Positions 58,894-64,000 of a stretch of DNA of 64,000 nucleotides are shown here, piece after piece; within the stretch, counting starts at the first letter, position 1; the number at the start of each line of letters is the position of its first letter. The notes under the pieces are model-generated. The model did no database searches. It was not told the origin of the DNA and worked only from the letters and a program-made list of their open reading frames with translations. The position numbers and the translations under genes were made by a program. Source of the stretch: an uncultured Pseudomonadales bacterium (lineage in GTDB: Bacteria; Patescibacteriota; Microgenomatia; UBA1400; CAYXSR01); NCBI GenBank assembly GCA_964467735.1, contig CAYXSR010000003.1, positions 1,078-65,077 of the forward strand, read 5' to 3'.

Positions 58894-59934
58894 ATGAAAA
58901 AATTTCTTTTTAACAATATAATTTTAGGCGGTACTTTTGACCATTTTCATAAAGGCCATGAAAAATTTTTAAAACAGGCTTTTAATTTATCTAAATTTGT
59001 TTACTGCGGAATTGTCAAAAAACAATTCCAAAATAAAAAATTCCCCCATTCAATCCAAACATACAAACAACGTCTAAAAGAAGTTAAAAACTTTATCAAT
59101 AAAAATAAACTCCAATCAAGAATTAAGATTTTTTCTATTAATAATCAATTTAGTGATGAAATTAATAATCCATCTTTAGAGGCAATTATCATCACTAAAG
59201 ATACTTTAAAAGGAGCGAAACTTTTTAATCAAAAACGAGAGTCTCTAGGATTGCCTGTTTTAAAAATTATCAATATTACTCTTTTAAAAGATAAAAAGGG
59301 CCTAGCAATTTCCTCTACTCGCATTAGAAAAGGAGAAATCGATCGGCTTGGTCATTCATATTTATCGCATTTTACCAGAACTCTTAATTTACCTAAAAAA
59401 CAAAGACAACTTTGTAAAAGACCAATTAGTAAATTAATTAAGGATTCTCATCCTAATCTTGGTTCAGCCAGTTTAAAAATAAAAAAAACTATATTCCGAA
59501 AAAAACATCCTCTTATTATTAGTGTTGGCGATATTGTTACTTATTCCTTAAAGCTCCAAAAAATTCCTCTTGATCTTGCTATAGTAGACTTTAAAAGTCA
59601 TCGAAAACCAATAGATATAAAAATTTATCGCTCATTGTTTAAAATAAAAACTAAATTTATAACTATAAATAATCCTGGGAGTATTGATAAAAAACTCGTA
59701 CATACTCTTTATAAAGCTATTAGCAAGGCATTAATATCGACAGAACCACAAAAAATTTTTGTTCATGGTGAAGAAGATTTGGCTGTTTTACCATTAATTC
59801 TTCTTTCTCCTTTAAATAGTCTTGTCTTTTATGGCCAACCAGAAAAAGGAATTGTCAAAGTCCAAGTAACTGAGCAAACTAAATTAAAAGCGATAAGGCT
59901 ATTAAAAAAATTCCATTCTACCTTATCGAGCTAA
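58894..59934 (+). CDS. Archaeal-type phosphopantetheine adenylyltransferase fused to DUF359 dephospho-CoA kinase
   Basis: GGTFDHFHKGH, ISSTRIRKGEID; VGDIVT, NPG, GEEDL, YGQP.KG. Confidence 0.88.
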   Translation: MKKFLFNNIILGGTFDHFHKGHEKFLKQAFNLSKFVYCGIVKKQFQNKKFPHSIQTYKQRLKEVKNFINKNKLQSRIKIFSINNQFSDEINNPSLEAIIITKDTLKGAKLFNQKRESLGLPVLKIINITLLKDKKGLAISSTRIRKGEIDRLGHSYLSHFTRTLNLPKKQRQLCKRPISKLIKDSHPNLGSASLKIKKTIFRKKHPLIISVGDIVTYSLKLQKIPLDLAIVDFKSHRKPIDIKIYRSLFKIKTKFITINNPGSIDKKLVHTLYKAISKALISTEPQKIFVHGEEDLAVLPLILLSPLNSLVFYGQPEKGIVKVQVTEQTKLKAIRLLKKFHSTLSS

Positions 59935-60633
59935 ACTTAAAGCCCAAATTTTCTTAATTCCATTTCTTTTTAAAACTTTCGTACATTCTTTTAAAGTAGA
60001 GCCCGTTGTCCAAACATCATCTACTAGTAAAATTTTTTTTAATTTTCTTTTGCTAATCACCGGCAAAAAAAGTTTGTTTATTTGAAAAGCATTCTCAATA
60101 TTTTTTCTTCTTGCCTTACCCTTCAATTCTACTTGAGGAGTTGTATTTTTTACCCGTAAAAGTAAGTCCTCAATGCAGGCTAAATTTAAATTTTTGGCTA
60201 AAAATTTTCCTATTAATATTGACTGATTAAAACCACGCCATGCTTGTCGTTTCCGATGAAGAGGCACTGGAACTATTATTGGCTTCTCTTTTAAAAAACT
60301 CTCAAAAGTAAGATATTTTTGTTTTGCTAAAAATTTAAACATTAAATATCCTACCTCATTTATTAAGTCAGAAACAAATTGATATTTAATTTTCTCAATT
60401 AATTTTTTAGCAAGTGGTTGATGGTATTCTAGAATAGAAATTAATCCATCCAAATGATGTTTATGATCACAAACAGGGTGTGTTTGACCATCTATCGCTG
60501 GTTTGTCACAAATAGGACAAAATTGATTTTCCAGAAAAACAATTTTTTTAAAACAAGAGGGACAAATATATCTTCCAAATTTATTACAGTTAATGCATGT
60601 CCTTGGAAAAAGAAAATCTTTTATTATTTCCAC
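59923..60633 (-). CDS. comF: ComF family competence protein
   Basis: Double zinc ribbon, PVPLH..R..RGFNQS, LVDDVWTTGST. Confidence 0.9.
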   Translation of the reverse strand: MEIIKDFLFPRTCINCNKFGRYICPSCFKKIVFLENQFCPICDKPAIDGQTHPVCDHKHHLDGLISILEYHQPLAKKLIEKIKYQFVSDLINEVGYLMFKFLAKQKYLTFESFLKEKPIIVPVPLHRKRQAWRGFNQSILIGKFLAKNLNLACIEDLLLRVKNTTPQVELKGKARRKNIENAFQINKLFLPVISKRKLKKILLVDDVWTTGSTLKECTKVLKRNGIKKIWALSLAR

Positions 60634-60661
60634 TCTTAAAAAGATAATAACACTTAAAAAC

Positions 60662-60692
60662 AAAAATCCCCATTTATTAATGGGGATTTTTT
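60662..60692 (-). terminator. Intrinsic terminator of tmRNA
   Basis: AAAAATCCCCAT/ATGGGGATTTTT inverted repeat. Confidence 0.8.
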
Positions 60693-60696
60693 ATTG

Positions 60697-61091
60697 TGGA
60701 GATGGGGAGAAATGAACTCCCGTCCGAAAAGGTTCTTTTTAAACTTCTACAAGCTTAGTCCGTTTTTTATCCTAAAGAGAGAAACGAACAACCCTTTAAC
60801 CTTCAGGAAATGGTCTTATGCTCCTTCTAAAGCCGACCAACTTTAGAATGATGCCCTGAGTGGGTTTTCACTCTAACTAATCCCCCAGGGAAGACGAGCT
60901 AGAATGCCAGCTTAGGCTGTAAAAGCTAAAGCCGGTTGGCCAAAAAGGGCTAGCTTAACGCTTTCCCAGACTTCGGCCAATTTGTCAGAAATTTTGCTGA
61001 CAGTTATGTTTTGATTCTGTTTAACTCCGATGAATCAACGGAGGCTTGCTGTTTTCAAAGAACAATCTTCCCGTCGAATCTATTCATCCCC
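60697..61091 (-). ncRNA. ssrA: tmRNA
   Basis: 5' GGGGATG..GATTCGAC, 3' GTTCATTTC..CATCTCCA with G3-U70; ATAACT-G resume context; tag ends ALAFTA; follows smpB. Confidence 0.93.
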
Positions 61092-61093
61092 TA

Positions 61094-61534
61094 TTAACTT
61101 ACTGATTTTAATTCCCTGGCTTGTTCTCTTGCCAAATCTCTTTTTCTAATTTTTTCTCTTTTATCCCACTTTTTCTTACCTCTGGCTAATGCCAGTTCTA
61201 ATTTAATTTTGTGACGCGAAGTATAGCAAGAAACAGGCACAATTGTCAAATTTTTACCTTCCATTTTTTTATCTAAGGCCAAAATTTCTTGTTTGTGTAA
61301 TAGAAGTTTCCGCCGTCTAGTTGGATTATAATCTTGATTGTTAGCAAATTTATAGGGAGAAATGTGACAATTAACTAACCAAGCTCCTTGGTTATCTAAT
61401 TGAACAAAACTTTCGTCAAGCTTAATCTGCCCTAACCTGATGCTTTTTACTTCTCTTCCCTCTAAAATAATTCCTGCTTCAAATTTTTCTAAAAATTCAT
61501 AATTAAACTTGGCTTTTTTATTAATAATTTTCAT
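61094..61534 (-). CDS. smpB: SsrA-binding protein
   Basis: NKKAKFNY, EAGIILEGREVKS, RRKLLLHKQEI, ARGKKKWDKR. Confidence 0.96.
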   Translation of the reverse strand: MKIINKKAKFNYEFLEKFEAGIILEGREVKSIRLGQIKLDESFVQLDNQGAWLVNCHISPYKFANNQDYNPTRRRKLLLHKQEILALDKKMEGKNLTIVPVSCYTSRHKIKLELALARGKKKWDKREKIRKRDLAREQARELKSVS

Positions 61535-61589
61535 CACCCACCCATTATTTTAGTTTATCAGAATACGTCAAGCATAAACTTTCAATAGT

Positions 61590-63527
61590 TTATTCTGCCA
61601 ACTCAATTTCATAAATTCTTTGGCCGGTAAGCAATAAGATTCTACTTTCTTGTTTATCAACAACTATATTAGTAGCGCCAGCAATTCCACTCCAAACATA
61701 TTGTTCTTTATATTCACCAGTTTCTTTATTAATAACCACGATTCTTGTATTTTTAATGTCTAGAATATAAAGATTGTCTAAACCCTCATCAGTATAAATT
61801 TTTATTGGTTCATTGAATTGTTTATCTAAACCAGTTAATACGAAAGTATCTTTCTTTCCCCTGGTAAACTTCATAATCCCCCCATCTTTAAGTAAAACCC
61901 AAACATTGCCATCAATTGCCAAAGAAACCGCGTCTTTGAGTTGAGAATCAGATTTTACTAAATATTCTTTAGCATCAGCTAAACCATCATCAATTCCAAT
62001 ATACTTCCAAATTGTTTCCTTCCCAGTATCAAGTAAATAAATGTTTCCACTAAAACCGACAATTTGTTGAATTTGTCCCCAATTTTCATCGTCTTTTTTG
62101 GCAATTATTTTTTGATTATTAACATCAACAACTTGAATGTTGTCCTCCGCCATTAAAAAAATTCTATTAGAAGAGCTTGCTAATCCGATTGTTCCTTTAA
62201 ATTCATCTCCCCCGGCAACCACTTGAGAAGATTTTGTCTCTAGATCAATTTGTAAAACACTCAACTTATCAGAATCTAAAACAAACAAATTATTATCTTC
62301 TGCTTTTCCCCAATCGTTTCCTCTAAAACCATCTTTAACCAATTGGAAGTCAATAAATATTTTTGGATTTTCTACTAAATATTCTTTTAATACTCCCATT
62401 AACTCTTTTTCTACTCTTTTTAATAATTCTTCTAATCTTTCTTTTTCATCTTTTTTAGTAACCGTCTCTAACGATTGTTGGATTAAATCTTTACTTTCTT
62501 GTAAAAGACTTCGTGACCTTAAAGGATTAAGTTCTTTTAAAGACTCTGCCTGATCATATTTACTAGAAACTTCTTCGATAATCATATCGGCTTTCTTTTT
62601 TTGAGTTAGCCGAGTCTTCTCTTTTGTGCCAAAAAAAATACTTATTACTAAAAGTCCAATTAAAATAATTGCGATTGTTAAATTAACTTTCTTACTTTTC
62701 TCGGTCCGAATATTATTCTTTAAAAAAAGTTCCCTATCTCGCTTAAAACTCCTAATAAATTGATTAGTTAAGGAAGGAACTTTAGAAAAGGCTTTGGTCA
62801 ATTGAGCGATTATCTCTCTAATGTTTAATTTTTGTTTACTTTCTTTGTTGGGAACCTCTACTTCTCCATCGTCAGCCGTCTTGCTTAAATCAGAAAAAAT
62901 TGTTTTGGTAATTATTACTGCCGTTTTACTATTCTCTTCCCCTCCATGAATCGTTGGTGCCCAAGATTCAACGATTTCTTCTGGCTCTTCCGATTTAAGG
63001 CCTAATTTAATTTGTTCTAAAGGAATTGTTTCAAAAAATTGATCGGTGGCTAAAAGAATAAAATCATTATTCTGAAGAAATCCAGAAGTTCCTTCTGTTT
63101 GATCACCTGAAGATGAAAGGATTTTAAAAAGTTTTTCTTTACGATAAATATAAACCTCTCCCTTACCCAGCCGGTAAAAATAAACGACTGGAGACTTATC
63201 TTTTCTATCCAGAATAACACTTACTATCACGGATAACTCAACTTTATCTTTAAACTCTTCATTAAGTTGAGTTAAACTCATCCCTAAAAGATGGAAAATT
63301 TTTAACTCTTCAGAAGAATAATAAATCTCGTGAAAACGAGAAATTATTTCTTTTCCAAAAGAAGTCACATCAATTCGCTCATCTTTTGCCTCAACCGAAA
63401 AAGCGGCCATTAAGTTGCCTGAAGAATGAATTTTTTCTCCTTCTGGAAGAAAAATATGTGTCTGTGCCCAAGATCGTCCGTTAGCCGCCCCGACGATCGT
63501 CGCTGATTTCAAAAAAATCTTCTTCAT
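61590..63527 (-). CDS. Single-pass membrane protein: degenerate PP2C-like N-domain, coiled coil, C-terminal beta-propeller
   Basis: SG.LQNNDFILLATD; central TM; repeated IYLLD/VWVL/LYILD strands. Confidence 0.65.
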   Translation of the reverse strand: MKKIFLKSATIVGAANGRSWAQTHIFLPEGEKIHSSGNLMAAFSVEAKDERIDVTSFGKEIISRFHEIYYSSEELKIFHLLGMSLTQLNEEFKDKVELSVIVSVILDRKDKSPVVYFYRLGKGEVYIYRKEKLFKILSSSGDQTEGTSGFLQNNDFILLATDQFFETIPLEQIKLGLKSEEPEEIVESWAPTIHGGEENSKTAVIITKTIFSDLSKTADDGEVEVPNKESKQKLNIREIIAQLTKAFSKVPSLTNQFIRSFKRDRELFLKNNIRTEKSKKVNLTIAIILIGLLVISIFFGTKEKTRLTQKKKADMIIEEVSSKYDQAESLKELNPLRSRSLLQESKDLIQQSLETVTKKDEKERLEELLKRVEKELMGVLKEYLVENPKIFIDFQLVKDGFRGNDWGKAEDNNLFVLDSDKLSVLQIDLETKSSQVVAGGDEFKGTIGLASSSNRIFLMAEDNIQVVDVNNQKIIAKKDDENWGQIQQIVGFSGNIYLLDTGKETIWKYIGIDDGLADAKEYLVKSDSQLKDAVSLAIDGNVWVLLKDGGIMKFTRGKKDTFVLTGLDKQFNEPIKIYTDEGLDNLYILDIKNTRIVVINKETGEYKEQYVWSGIAGATNIVVDKQESRILLLTGQRIYEIELAE

Positions 63528-63754
63528 AAAATTATCCATGCTAGAAGAAAAACAAATAAAGCAATTGCTAGATGAAGCCAAGCGATTAGTGATAATAAAT
63601 AATTATTCTTGTCACTAATTGTCTGTCCCATTAATTTTACCTGCCGGACAATTACTACAGCAAAAATTATGTATAAAACTAACGCCAGAATAAAAAACAA
63701 CTTTACGATTCCCCAAATAGAAAAACCTAGCGTTTCTTCCAAAAAATTAATCAT
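63524..63754 (-). CDS. Small two-TM protein (DUF5657-like)
   Basis: YIIFAVVIVRQVKLM motif. Confidence 0.7.
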   Translation of the reverse strand: MINFLEETLGFSIWGIVKLFFILALVLYIIFAVVIVRQVKLMGQTISDKNNYLLSLIAWLHLAIALFVFLLAWIIL

Positions 63755-63755
63755 C

Positions 63756-64000
63756 CTATCTTACCCTTCCTTCTATTTTTTCTTTTTCTTCTTGTAAAAT
63801 AAGCTGGTTTAAGATCCTTGCTACTTTGTCTGGCTTGGCAACATCCTCAAATTCTACTCGAGGAACTTTGCCAGCTGTCTGTACTAACACATCTCCATAA
63901 TTAAATAAAGATCTTATTGCTCCACCCATGGTAAAGGTTATGTCCTGAATTTTATCAATCTTTGTTTCAGTAATTTCTTTATAAGCTAAGCTCACAAAAT
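63756..64000 (-). CDS. Bacterial PH-domain protein, C-terminal part (truncated by window)
   Basis: KIQDIT...FNYGDVLVQTAG...F..V..P. Confidence 0.75.
   Translation of the reverse strand, partial: FVSLAYKEITETKIDKIQDITFTMGGAIRSLFNYGDVLVQTAGKVPRVEFEDVAKPDKVARILNQLILQEEKEKIEGRVR

Overview
AT-rich (about 30-33% GC by eye), gene-dense chromosome segment, mostly encoded on the minus strand and using genetic code 11. Gene content points to a Patescibacteria/CPR bacterium, probably Microgenomates (inference): two VirB4/TraD-like ATPases, archaeal-type ATP-dependent ligase, ApgM and CoaD-DUF359, and a stand-alone PolA 5'-3' exonuclease. Housekeeping content includes an ATP-grasp cluster, a CsoR-family/trxA/trxB/ferredoxin redox locus, pyrH, lgt, efp/epmA, eno, pyk, recF, mutM, ftsH, trpS, class III RNR, comF, smpB/tmRNA and three canonical tRNAs plus one atypical tRNA-like element. 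The stand-out is a ~2.2-kb cassette at 18400-20580. It holds a GC-rich secreted vWA-domain gene ending in a Chloroflexota-style LYLPMLVR tail. The gene is wrapped in long strand-specific (G-U rich) RNA hairpins on both sides, and a 12-nt leader/trailer complementarity can close the whole CDS. A second secreted protein with the same tail type lies at 58408-58860. Other items missing from the ORF track: a pyrL-like leader/attenuator before pyrH, a minimal Trp T-box, a separately encoded NrdD glycyl-radical peptide, a 33-aa basic ORF, a non-canonical CAU tRNA and a 29-aa tmRNA tag. All family assignments come from motif recognition only; no searches were run.
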